From positions 52,700 to 116,699 of IMG/VR virus record IMGVR_UViG_3300018405_000014: DNA of 64,000 nt; one strand, written 5' to 3'. Both the position numbers and the translations under genes were made by a program. This document shows, piece by piece, positions 10,295 to 19,443 of this stretch; position 1 is the first letter of the stretch; each line of letters starts with the position of its first letter. The DNA is from a virus. Its lineage: Duplodnaviria; Caudoviricetes. Below the pieces are notes generated by a model that did not search any database, was not told where the DNA came from, and saw only the letters and a list, made by a program, of their open reading frames with translations.

Positions 10295-11854
10295 ATGGAC
10301 ATTAAGCTATTCCTTGTTAAATCCGTTTCGCTTCTGTACCTTGAAAGTCAGGTAGAGGGGTATAAATCCGGTAACGTCTCGTTAATTCGCGATCTATTGA
10401 CCAACCTCCAGCTTCCAGATGACATCAGCGAAATCGGCGAAGGGCGGAACGTCCTTGCCAATCTCCGCACCACAGTCCTGTGGATGCTTAATAACGGTGA
10501 TTCACAAAGATATGAACCGGATTCGCTTCTTCAGCGGCTTCGGATGAACACCCAGCATGACGATGTCACCTATAAAGCCCTTGAAAAGTCTATCCGTAAG
10601 TACCCGGATGAGTCCGTCGTCCGCAAACATATCAATGACATTTCGCAGGAACTGCGCCGCTACAAAAACCGCGAGAAGCTGCACGAGATCATCAAGAAGG
10701 CGTCCTACACTCTGAGCTTCAAAGAAGCCGAAGTCGAGGATTGGGACGGCTTTATTCTCAACACCGCCCAAGACCTCTTGTCGGTGGACATGGAAACTGA
10801 AGACCGGGTCGACCCTGCCTTCATTACCAGCGTCAACTTCCAGGACAAGAGTTCGGTCACCGCGGCGTTCGAGGACATGAATAAGTCCTTGGGCACCGAA
10901 GGTATCATCCGCTGGCCAATCAAGGCCCTGAACCGTCTCATGGGCGTCCAGGCAGGGGGTAGACGCGGTGAGTTCGGTCTGATCAATGCCCTGCCTGGTA
11001 ACAATAAGTCAGGCACTATGCTTGACCTGTTTATCGGCACCTGCATTTTCAACGATCCTTTCCTGTTCGATCCTGAGAAGAAACCTTTGGCTCTGTTCTA
11101 TAGCACCGAAGATGACATCCCAGTGATCATCCAGAAGATCTACGTGATCCTGCGGCAGCGGGAAGTCGGTCACGCAGTCTCTGTCAAAGGTATGGACCCG
11201 CAAGCTGCTGCTGAGTACGTCATCGAGAAACTGCAAGCCCGTGGCTGGAACGTGGAGCTGCACCGTATCCGGGGTTCATCATTCTCCTATGCCAAGTACA
11301 TCAAGCACCTGGAGCAGTACAAGGCTAAAGGGTATGAGGTAGCAGTATCTTTCGTCGACTACCTGGCAATGTACAGCAAAGACGGCTGTGCACAAGGCTC
11401 GACTGGTGACGACCTGCAAGACCTGTTCAAGCGTGTGCGTGAGTACACATCTGCTGAAAAGATCCTTCAGGTCACAGCACACCAGCTCTCGACCCAAGCC
11501 AAGGAAGAGAAGCGCATGAACCCCACCAAGTTCATTCGCGACATGCCGGGCGGCGGTTACTACCAGGGCTGTAAGAAGCTCGATACCGAGGTGGATTGGG
11601 AGTTCTACGTCAACAAGCAAGTGGTCAACAACGGCACGTACTTGGAATACATCTGGGGTAAACACCGCGGTGTGGTGGAGCCGACTCCAGAGGCGCACAA
11701 GTACTTCGTCATGCGGTATCTGGATAACCACATGTACGGCATCCCGTACGACCTGGATCTGGATGAAGACCTCAGTTACAAAGTCGTGGGTGGACGTCCT
11801 AACTCCGAAGGCGGCGGAGCTACGTGGGACGACATTGAAAACATCGCAACATAA
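10295..11854 (+). CDS. dnaB: DnaB-like replicative helicase (phiKZ gp118-like)
   Basis: GGRRGEFGLINALPGNNKS Walker A-like motif, FVDYL Walker B, TAHQLS, GKHRG. Confidence 0.85.
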   Translation: MDIKLFLVKSVSLLYLESQVEGYKSGNVSLIRDLLTNLQLPDDISEIGEGRNVLANLRTTVLWMLNNGDSQRYEPDSLLQRLRMNTQHDDVTYKALEKSIRKYPDESVVRKHINDISQELRRYKNREKLHEIIKKASYTLSFKEAEVEDWDGFILNTAQDLLSVDMETEDRVDPAFITSVNFQDKSSVTAAFEDMNKSLGTEGIIRWPIKALNRLMGVQAGGRRGEFGLINALPGNNKSGTMLDLFIGTCIFNDPFLFDPEKKPLALFYSTEDDIPVIIQKIYVILRQREVGHAVSVKGMDPQAAAEYVIEKLQARGWNVELHRIRGSSFSYAKYIKHLEQYKAKGYEVAVSFVDYLAMYSKDGCAQGSTGDDLQDLFKRVREYTSAEKILQVTAHQLSTQAKEEKRMNPTKFIRDMPGGGYYQGCKKLDTEVDWEFYVNKQVVNNGTYLEYIWGKHRGVVEPTPEAHKYFVMRYLDNHMYGIPYDLDLDEDLSYKVVGGRPNSEGGGATWDDIENIAT

Positions 11855-11861
11855 GAGCCAA

Positions 11862-11897
11862 CATAAGAGAGCAGCCCTCGGGCTGCTCTCTATGCCG
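11862..11897. terminator. Hairpin terminator between convergent genes
   Basis: AGAGAGCAGCC-CTCG-GGCTGCTCTCT followed by ATGCCG. Confidence 0.75.
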
Positions 11898-11901
11898 TTT
11901 G

Positions 11902-12525
11902 TCATGGAGCGTTCTGTGCAGCGACCAAGGCTTCGATCAGAAGTGTTTGTTCATCAATGGTGCGTTGTAGTTCGGCAACCTTATCGCTCAGGCGAATGAT
12001 GATGGCGGTGTCGGTTTCTGTGTGGGTCACAGCCGCACGCCGCGCCGCTGTCAACTGGGTGTGTTGCTGCTCGCTAACATGGTCACTGACCGGTGCACGC
12101 GTCACGTAGAACACCGGGTCGACACCGATCTTGGCTTTGACCGATTCGGTGATAGCCTGAACGATATCATCGGTACTGCGGTTCTCAGGCCACATCCCTA
12201 ACGAGACTGCCAGCACTAAGTGGCTGTAAGGAATGCTGCCCATGCTTGGATAGCGTTCGATGTAGGTGTCAGGTACATAGATCAATGATCCATCTTTATC
12301 ACGCAGACAGATGACCAGGGCATTCAGTGAGAGGTCATCCTTGTAGGCGGTCTCGGTCAGCCCGACTGGAGCATAGATCAGCTTCAGCGGCTCTTGCCCA
12401 CGGGCGATGAGTTCGTTGAATTGACGAATGGCGATGACGGTATAACTTTTGTCCGTATCTGCAACGAAAGGCGCACGGAACAGGAAGGCACCAGAAATAC
12501 CCATCGGGGGAGTCATGCGGATCAT
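11902..12525 (-). CDS. Hypothetical protein, possibly structural
   Basis: 207-aa ORF with GAGG RBS. Confidence 0.65.
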   Translation of the reverse strand: MIRMTPPMGISGAFLFRAPFVADTDKSYTVIAIRQFNELIARGQEPLKLIYAPVGLTETAYKDDLSLNALVICLRDKDGSLIYVPDTYIERYPSMGSIPYSHLVLAVSLGMWPENRSTDDIVQAITESVKAKIGVDPVFYVTRAPVSDHVSEQQHTQLTAARRAAVTHTETDTAIIIRLSDKVAELQRTIDEQTLLIEALVAAQNAP

Positions 12526-12619
12526 GAGGTGACCTCAGGCAAAGAAAAAGAAAAGAAATAGGGAGAGGGGCCGAAGCCCCTCTCTGTTGTTAAAGACTAG
12601 GGCATAGCATATCCAGTCC

Positions 12620-13003
12620 CTAGAACCGCACCAGGTCAAACCCGATGATCTCAGAGGCCTTGGAGCTGATATGTGTCCTGATCCCAAGGACCATCCGATC
12701 GGCCTGATCCCGCTCGATCAGTTGCTTGATCAACTTGCTCTTGGGGCCATGAGGTTGAATGACACCCCGCAGTTGGCCAGTGGACTCATCATAATGAACA
12801 CTGACAATCTTTGCACAGACGTTCTTCTCGTTCACCGAGGTGTGACGGTCGGCGCGCTGCTGGATCGTCTGGTGACCAAAGAGTGATGGCGTACCGAACT
12901 CAACCAGTAGGCCACCCGCAACTGCTGACCGATGAAGTTTCTCGACAACCTCAGGAGACAGGTCTAGGGCAAATTCCCCCAGACGTACAGACGCTTCTTT
13001 CAT
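12620..13003 (-). CDS. Divergent prohead-protease-like protein, probably inactive
   Basis: EFGTP...NEKNVC...GVIQPHGPK...GIR...IIGFDLV recalls the T4 gp21/phiKZ gp175 fold; start reassigned to MKEAS. Confidence 0.45.
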   Translation of the reverse strand: MKEASVRLGEFALDLSPEVVEKLHRSAVAGGLLVEFGTPSLFGHQTIQQRADRHTSVNEKNVCAKIVSVHYDESTGQLRGVIQPHGPKSKLIKQLIERDQADRMVLGIRTHISSKASEIIGFDLVRF

Positions 13004-13013
13004 GAGTCTCTCC

Positions 13014-13814
13014 TCAGTACATGCTAGCACGCAGACCAATGGGTTTATCGTTACCGTCGTAGCAGATGGGGTATTCGCACATCCCACCTTCATTCTCGAC
13101 ACGGGTCTCATCGACCAATGGCAGGTATTTGGGCAGGTCAGCTATCTTTACCGCCCGACCATTGATTGAGCAGTCGTCATCTGCCCTGGGGTTGCACCAG
13201 GCTTCATTGATTTCATCCATCGGGACTTTCTGTGCAAGGTCAGGCACCTGACTGTCAGAGAGATAACCATCCAAACCGCCAATGTAGAGATGATCCATCC
13301 GGTTCTTGATCAGAGCTTCACTGGCACCATAAGTCCGGTAGTATTCGAGAATGTAATTGGCAGCATCCACGTAAGCCACCTGACCCCGTCCAGCATTGGG
13401 ACCCTGGTCCAGTCGATAAGCCATGGGCTGACCTTCGGTGGATTGATCCAGGTAATACCAGATATTGATGACACCCTGATTACCGACCGGATAAGCCCCT
13501 ACAAGGTAGCCTTGGTTGACCCCTGTACCTACGCATTGCCCACGGGCCGAACACGTGAAGAGGATCTGATTGAAGGTGTTGTAGTGCCGTCCTGTACTTT
13601 CATCGAACAGCTCCACGGTCGATTCACCGATCCAGGCGCAGGAAATAAACCCTTCCCCTTGTTTGTGGTAACTGGCCGTCTTGACAGAGCAGGGGTAGTA
13701 AAGCGGCAGGTTGCTCATGTTGCTTTGGGTGGGTGGGTTGAAGGCATGAGCCGGCAGGACAATCAGAGAGACTAGCAGCGATACAGTGAGCCAGAAGGCG
13801 CGTTGAATAGTCAT
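13014..13814 (-). CDS. Exported Cys-rich hypothetical protein
   Basis: Start MTIQRAFW with GAGG RBS; signal peptide ending AHA; several Cys. Confidence 0.65.
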   Translation of the reverse strand: MTIQRAFWLTVSLLVSLIVLPAHAFNPPTQSNMSNLPLYYPCSVKTASYHKQGEGFISCAWIGESTVELFDESTGRHYNTFNQILFTCSARGQCVGTGVNQGYLVGAYPVGNQGVINIWYYLDQSTEGQPMAYRLDQGPNAGRGQVAYVDAANYILEYYRTYGASEALIKNRMDHLYIGGLDGYLSDSQVPDLAQKVPMDEINEAWCNPRADDDCSINGRAVKIADLPKYLPLVDETRVENEGGMCEYPICYDGNDKPIGLRASMY

Positions 13815-13908
13815 GGTTGTGTACCTCAGAAATGTTGAGTTAAAACCCGAATAGGCGCTTGATACGTTGAAAGAAAGTGGGTTTGGGGTGTAGCCATGAT
13901 CGGGTTCC

Positions 13909-14481
13909 TTATATTCTCGGAGATACCGGCCCGTCTTCCTGGTTCTGGTACTTACCAGAGCGCGAAGCATACGACGTATTGCATGGCGCCCCTTCGAAAA
14001 ACAATACTTGACAAGATCCTTCACCCGCATAGAGCATCGCTGGCAATGGAGTGGTGTTGGCAAACTCTAGGGTTACATACCCTTCCCAGCCAGGCTCGAG
14101 AGGAGTAGCCAAGCAAGAGATCCCACAGCGCGCGTAGGTCGATTTACCAAGTACGATGCCGACCATGTTATCAGGCATTGAAATGCGCTCGGCGCTACTC
14201 GCCAAGACAAACGAGTTCGGCGGAATGATGCACACGTCACCTTCAAAATCGACAAATGACTTATCGGAAAAATTCTTAGGGTCGATGATGCTGTTGTTTA
14301 CATTGGTGAAGATTTTGAATTTCTTACCGACCCGAAGATCGTAACCGTAGCTAGATAGACCATAGCTGACAATCTTATCCCCTGATTGTGAGATACGGAC
14401 TTGTTCTGGATTAAATGGATGGATTAACGGAGTGTCTCCGCTACAAAGTGCTTGAATCTGATGGTCGGCCAAAACGGTCAT
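13909..14481 (-). CDS. dcd: dCTP deaminase (intact)
   Basis: [28 protein letters not shown] and C-terminal GKYQNQ. Confidence 0.92.
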   Translation of the reverse strand: MTVLADHQIQALCSGDTPLIHPFNPEQVRISQSGDKIVSYGLSSYGYDLRVGKKFKIFTNVNNSIIDPKNFSDKSFVDFEGDVCIIPPNSFVLASSAERISMPDNMVGIVLGKSTYARCGISCLATPLEPGWEGYVTLEFANTTPLPAMLYAGEGSCQVLFFEGAPCNTSYASRSGKYQNQEDGPVSPRI

Positions 14482-14502
14482 GGTATTCTCCTAAGAAATT
14501 AG

Positions 14503-15258
14503 TTAAACATCGATGGTGTGAAACCGTAATCTAGCAATGCCTTCACCTAGATAAATCGTGAGGGCACTATTGGTCACGTTGGTGATCTGTAGTGTCATCA
14601 CGCCTTCAAACTCTGGTTCGATGGGGGTGACGTTGCAGATCAGCGCAGATCGTGCATAGGTACTCTTACCCGACACGGTGACCAATACGTCACGCGGGAT
14701 ATTGAAGTACTCGGCCGTCGGAGCCTGGATGTAACTGTGGGCTGGGATCAGCACATACTTGGCACCGTCTTCGTCAACCCGGATGTACGGTGCTGCGAAG
14801 TTGGTCTCCTTCATGCGCTTGGGATCTATTTCAGGCTCGAAGACGTTGGTGAAGACCTTGATCTGGTCGGGGTCACTCGTCAGGCTAACGTCGTAACCAT
14901 AGGACGAAGTGCCGAACGAAATCACTTTACGGACGCCCTCATCCAGCGGTTCGCCATCAATGAAGACGCCCTGATAAGGCATGTTGGTGGCCTTATCGAC
15001 ATACCGCACAGGACGGTCATGAAACTTGTCGATCATTGGCTTCCAATCCAGCCAATCATCATCCGACAGGGGTTTGGCATAAGCCCTATTGATGAAGATT
15101 TCACGCTTGTTCTCATCGCACCAGTTGGCGATCAGGGCTTTCTCCTCTTCGTTGTACGGTGGGGAAATCAGGCGCCCTTGGAGACCATCACAGTCATACA
15201 TCCGGTGCGTAGGGCGGGTGCACTGACGAATGATCCAGTTGTCAGACTTGATAGACAT
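14503..15258 (-). CDS. dcd: Second dCTP deaminase paralog with N-terminal insertions and no C-terminal arm
   Basis: MSIKSDNWI, SFGTSSYGYD, GKSTYARS, TPIEPEFEG; ends shortly after GEGIARLRF. Confidence 0.8.
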   Translation of the reverse strand: MSIKSDNWIIRQCTRPTHRMYDCDGLQGRLISPPYNEEEKALIANWCDENKREIFINRAYAKPLSDDDWLDWKPMIDKFHDRPVRYVDKATNMPYQGVFIDGEPLDEGVRKVISFGTSSYGYDVSLTSDPDQIKVFTNVFEPEIDPKRMKETNFAAPYIRVDEDGAKYVLIPAHSYIQAPTAEYFNIPRDVLVTVSGKSTYARSALICNVTPIEPEFEGVMTLQITNVTNSALTIYLGEGIARLRFHTIDV

Positions 15259-15260
15259 TT

Positions 15261-15611
15261 TCAGATGTTCCTGTGGTTACGGTTGAGGTAGAAGAGGGCA
15301 TGGGCCACATTGCGACCGTGGACACCCAGTTCCCGTTTCTGGACGGCCAGGGATTTGCGGTTCAGCAGATTTTCAAGAGGGCCCATGGTCTTGACCAGCG
15401 CATCGTATTTAAGCCTGACGGTATCGAACTTCAACTGGAGGTTTGTCACCTCCATCTGCGCGGCTCTCAACTCGCGGTGATTGCGATAGACGGCCGTTGG
15501 CATGGTCGCCACTACTGTCTTCACCGAAATCTGTTTCATTTCGTTGAAGAGTTTGGTTGCAGCCCGGTACTTCGTTGGATACCGACGGAAGAAGCGAAAC
15601 AGTGACGGCAT
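15261..15611 (-). CDS. Hypothetical basic protein
   Basis: 116-aa ORF abutting the dcd start. Confidence 0.55.
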   Translation of the reverse strand: MPSLFRFFRRYPTKYRAATKLFNEMKQISVKTVVATMPTAVYRNHRELRAAQMEVTNLQLKFDTVRLKYDALVKTMGPLENLLNRKSLAVQKRELGVHGRNVAHALFYLNRNHRNI

Positions 15612-15930
15612 GATTGAGATCCTTTACAATATTGACTTCGATGCACTTTCTGAGTGCAGTGGAAAAATTCAAGCGGGTCGTGGCCACGCCTTGTTTAGTC
15701 TTGACCGCAAAGTTCTGGGCCAGTTTAAGTACAGCTTTGCGGACCACTTCGAGCTCGACGTTGTCAAAGCGGCGGATGAAGAAATCGCCTGCATAGAACA
15801 CCTGAATCATGCCCGATGTCTTGCCTTGCTTATCGCGAGCCACACAGGTGCCCAACGTCTTGAACCCCGGTAATGGATACAGACTCACCACAAGGCGATC
15901 GCAGACCTTGTGAACAGTAAAACCTTCCAT
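15409..15930 (-). CDS. Hypothetical early protein
   Basis: GGAGG RBS before MEGFTV, downstream of the early motif; 3' part overlaps the next ORF, so the end is uncertain. Confidence 0.45.
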   Translation of the reverse strand: MEGFTVHKVCDRLVVSLYPLPGFKTLGTCVARDKQGKTSGMIQVFYAGDFFIRRFDNVELEVVRKAVLKLAQNFAVKTKQGVATTRLNFSTALRKCIEVNIVKDLNHAVTVSLLPSVSNEVPGCNQTLQRNETDFGEDSSGDHANGRLSQSPRVESRADGGDKPPVEVRYRQA

Positions 15931-15994
15931 AACGCCTCCTTGTACAGACATAGTTAAGTCGCAGTCTTTTATTTTAACGACTGTCTACACGGTG

Positions 15995-16022
15995 GTAATG
16001 TAGGGTCATTAAATGGTCGAAT
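15995..16022 (-). promoter_or_regulatory. Putative early promoter (ATTC-N16-TACATTAC)
   Basis: Matches the 7-copy motif. Confidence 0.65.
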
Positions 16023-16130
16023 GGTAACTTCCCTCGAGTCTATTTAGGGGTTCTATTTTTAAGAACTAGAGGGCGGTCTAATTATGTGCAGGCGACGAAA
16101 ACTCAACCTTTTCGATAGCCATTTAACCCC

Positions 16131-18278
16131 ATGATCAACCCAGTAAAAGAGAGCCAACACATGACTGCTGTCGCTGCCAAATGTACCGAGAACATGACTA
16201 CGGATGTCCCGCTTCAGGCTCCCTCTCTGGACATTTGGGAATCGAAATACCGTCTTCGCGACCGTCACGGCGCTCCGGTAGATGCCAACATTGATTCCAC
16301 CTGGCTCCGCGTGGCCAAAGCCCTGTCCTCCGTCGAGAAAGACCCCGAGCATTGGGAAAAGCGTTTCCTCTGGGCACTGCACAACGGCGCCATCCCAGCA
16401 GGCCGCGTAACCTCCAACGCCGGTGCTGGTTTCCACAAGCCTGCGGTATCTCTGATCAACTGCACCGTGTCGCAGACCGTCCGCGACTCGATGCGCAACA
16501 TCCTCGCCGCTGTCTCCGATGCAGGCATTACCCTGAAAGCCGGTTGCGGTATTGGCTACGCCTTCTCGACCATTCGTCCGAAGGGTGCCTACGTCCACGG
16601 TGCCGGTGCTGGCACTAACGGCCCACTGGCCTTCATGGATATCTTCGACAAGATGTGCTTTACCGTAGCATCTGCAGGCGGCCGTCGTGGTGCGCAGATG
16701 GGTACGTTCGATGTGTCTCACCCGGATGTCGAATCCTTCATCACTGCCAAGCGTGAAGATGGTCGTCTGCGTCAGTTCAACCTGAGCCTGCTGATCACCG
16801 ATGAATTCATCGAAGCGGTGAAAGCTGATGCCGAGTGGGATCTGTATTTCCCGGTCACCAACAAACTCGCCATTAACGATCTGCGGACCGAAGACCTGAT
16901 CTGGCGTGACTGGCCCGTCATCGAAGACGAGTACACCGTCAATGACCAAGGCCTGGTTGCCTGTGAGATCTACAGCCGCGTGCGTGCCAAGCGCCTGTGG
17001 GACCTCATCATGAAGTCCACCTACGACTTCGCTGAGCCGGGCTTCATCTTGATTGACGCCGTCAACCGGATGAACAACAACTGGTGGTGTGAAGTCATCC
17101 AGGCTACCAACCCTTGCGGTGAGCAGCCACTGCCTCCGGAAGGTGCTTGCCTGTTGGGTTCGATCAACCTGACCAAGTTCGTCATCAATCCCTTTACCCC
17201 TGAAGCACGCTTCGACTGGGATCGTTACCGCGAAGTGGTGTCGGTGTTCACCCGTATGCTGGACAACGTCGTCGAGCTGAATGGCCTGCCGCTGGAAAAT
17301 CAGCGTAAGGAAATCATCCGCAAGCGCCGTCACGGTATGGGTTATCTGGGCCTGGGTTCCACCATGACCATGTTGGGTATGGTCTACGGCGATGAATCCT
17401 CCGTGGAGTTCACTGAGAAGGTGACCATGGAACTGGCCGTTCAAGGCTGGCGTGATGCATTGGCACTGGCTAAAGAGAAGGGCCCTGCCCCGATCATGGA
17501 TGAAGTCTTCGCCCTGACAGCCCGCCACCTGCGCCTGCGTCCTCAGCTGGTTGAAGACGGCTACAAGGTTGGTGATGAAGTTCCAGGTCGTATCCTGCAT
17601 GCCAAGTACAGCCACTACATGAGCAAGATCGCACAGGTCGAGCCTGAACTGGTAGCTGAACTGGCTGAAGTGGGCGCACGCTTCACACACCACAGCTCTA
17701 TTGCACCGACCGGTACTATCTCGTTGTCGCTGGGTAACAATGCCTCCAACGGCATCGAGCCGTCGTTCTCCCACAGCTACATGCGCAACGTGATTGTTCC
17801 AGGCAAGAAGACCAAGGAACAGGTTGAGGTGGTGTCCTTTGAATTGGCGGCCTACCGTCACTTCATCAACCCAGAAGCCAAAGAAGGTGACCTGCCTGCT
17901 TGCTTCGCTACGGCTGACACCATCAGTCCCGAGCAGCACGTGCTGGTTCAAGCTGCTGCGCAGCGCTGGATCGATTCGTCGATCTCCAAGACCGTGAACG
18001 TCCCGACGGACTTCCCGTTCGACCGCTTCCAGAATCTGTACATGGATGCATACGAGCAAGGTCTGAAGGGCTGCACTACCTTCCGTTTCAACCCAGAAGC
18101 CTTCCAAGGCGTCCTGGTACGTAAGGAAGACCTGGACAACACCGTCTACGTCTTCGAGCTGGAAAATGGTGAGACCATCGAATTGCCCGGTAGTGAGAAA
18201 GTCATCTACCAGGGCGAAGAGCACGTAGCGGCCAACCTCTTTGACGGGATCAAGGAAGGAACCTACGGTAAGTGGTGA
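16131..18278 (+). CDS. nrdJa: Class II (adenosylcobalamin-dependent) ribonucleotide reductase, NrdJa
   Basis: PAGRV, LINCTVS, RRGAQM, TNPCGEQPL, ACLLGSINL, SIAPTGTIS, SISKTVN, KGCTTFR. Confidence 0.92.
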   Translation: MINPVKESQHMTAVAAKCTENMTTDVPLQAPSLDIWESKYRLRDRHGAPVDANIDSTWLRVAKALSSVEKDPEHWEKRFLWALHNGAIPAGRVTSNAGAGFHKPAVSLINCTVSQTVRDSMRNILAAVSDAGITLKAGCGIGYAFSTIRPKGAYVHGAGAGTNGPLAFMDIFDKMCFTVASAGGRRGAQMGTFDVSHPDVESFITAKREDGRLRQFNLSLLITDEFIEAVKADAEWDLYFPVTNKLAINDLRTEDLIWRDWPVIEDEYTVNDQGLVACEIYSRVRAKRLWDLIMKSTYDFAEPGFILIDAVNRMNNNWWCEVIQATNPCGEQPLPPEGACLLGSINLTKFVINPFTPEARFDWDRYREVVSVFTRMLDNVVELNGLPLENQRKEIIRKRRHGMGYLGLGSTMTMLGMVYGDESSVEFTEKVTMELAVQGWRDALALAKEKGPAPIMDEVFALTARHLRLRPQLVEDGYKVGDEVPGRILHAKYSHYMSKIAQVEPELVAELAEVGARFTHHSSIAPTGTISLSLGNNASNGIEPSFSHSYMRNVIVPGKKTKEQVEVVSFELAAYRHFINPEAKEGDLPACFATADTISPEQHVLVQAAAQRWIDSSISKTVNVPTDFPFDRFQNLYMDAYEQGLKGCTTFRFNPEAFQGVLVRKEDLDNTVYVFELENGETIELPGSEKVIYQGEEHVAANLFDGIKEGTYGKW

Positions 18279-18338
18279 TACCCCAGACCTGGGACCGAGT
18301 CCCAGGTCATTCCACACCCCACATCCCATTCACGCGTT

Positions 18339-19100
18339 ATGGAACAAAATAGCATGGCCATCGAAATAACCTCCAAGATCGTTGCGGTACGTCTCAAGAA
18401 AGAGCAAACCAACGATCCGATTGCACCTGTCGCCTCAACAGTTGATGAAAACCCGCTGACCCTGCGAATCGAATCGCGCCCCCAAGGGGCTCTGCAGGCC
18501 ATCTCCGAGAAGATTGTCTACGTCAGCAGTGAAGGCAAGAAGAAAGTCTACGTACTGGTGTCGTTCATGCCAGTCACCGGTATGGTCAACGGTAAAGAAG
18601 TCACCATCGAGCGTCCGGTGGAATTCTTCATTCCGAGCGGCCAGCTCTCCAGTGAACACCAGTGGATCACAGCCAGCATGCGCAGCCTTTCCCTAGCTGC
18701 TAGGGGTGGGTACATCACACAAGCCCTGCAAGACCTGCGTAAGGTCACCTGGGACAAGGGTGTGGTTCGCTGTGGCATGAACAAGTGGAATAAGCCTCAG
18801 TTCCACGACTCTGAAGTCGCGGCTATTGCCTGGTCCATCCAGCAGATCCTCATGCATCGCGGTTTTCTGGATGACGAGGGTAACCAGGTCTCGGTGGAAA
18901 AACTGGCCAGCCAGATGAACACCCGTCACCTGAGCGCCCCGGTTACGGTTGACGAGAAGGTCAATGAAGAAGTCGCTGTGACGGACACTGGTCTTAAAGT
19001 CAATAGCGTCGGCACATGCCCCACCTGCACCGGTAGCCTGGTCCTGATGGACGGTTGTCCGACGTGTGTGGAAGGATGTGGTTACTCCAAGTGCGGTTAA
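18339..19100 (+). CDS. nrdJb: Class II RNR small part NrdJb
   Basis: ERPVEFF, SLSLAARGG and C-terminal CPTC...DGCPTC..CGYSKCG. Confidence 0.88.
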   Translation: MEQNSMAIEITSKIVAVRLKKEQTNDPIAPVASTVDENPLTLRIESRPQGALQAISEKIVYVSSEGKKKVYVLVSFMPVTGMVNGKEVTIERPVEFFIPSGQLSSEHQWITASMRSLSLAARGGYITQALQDLRKVTWDKGVVRCGMNKWNKPQFHDSEVAAIAWSIQQILMHRGFLDDEGNQVSVEKLASQMNTRHLSAPVTVDEKVNEEVAVTDTGLKVNSVGTCPTCTGSLVLMDGCPTCVEGCGYSKCG

Positions 19101-19113
19101 CCGGGTACTTACC

Positions 19114-19332
19114 ATGGAAGATCGTGCGCGGCTCCTAAACCAGATCCAGCGACAAACCAGTACACATAACTGCCCGGCTTGCAGTGGGCCTGCGTACTGT
19201 GCTATCGAAGATGGTAAATCAGGTAACCTGTGCTGGTGCATGGACGTCAAAGCGGTCAACATCGCTGAAACCGACCAGTGCATGTGCAAGAACTGCCTGA
19301 AGGCTGAGACAACCCTGTTCAGCCCTACGTAG
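19114..19332 (+). CDS. Cysteine-rich CWC-family small protein
   Basis: CPAC...C...CWC...CMCKNCL. Confidence 0.7.
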   Translation: MEDRARLLNQIQRQTSTHNCPACSGPAYCAIEDGKSGNLCWCMDVKAVNIAETDQCMCKNCLKAETTLFSPT

Positions 19333-19443
19333 GTAATCCGAACCAACATACGTGGCCAGACGGTACCCCGTCTGGCCACTATGTCCGCAATCCTATGTAC
19401 AGTCATTTAAACTGTGCTTCATCTCTTGAAGAGGAAAATATAC

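Noticed and set aside
13815-14063. N-terminal extension of the 349-aa ORF
   Set aside because: Overlaps dcd; a better start with RBS and signal peptide exists at 13814
16059-18329. 756-aa minus-strand ORF
   Set aside because: Antisense shadow of nrdJa
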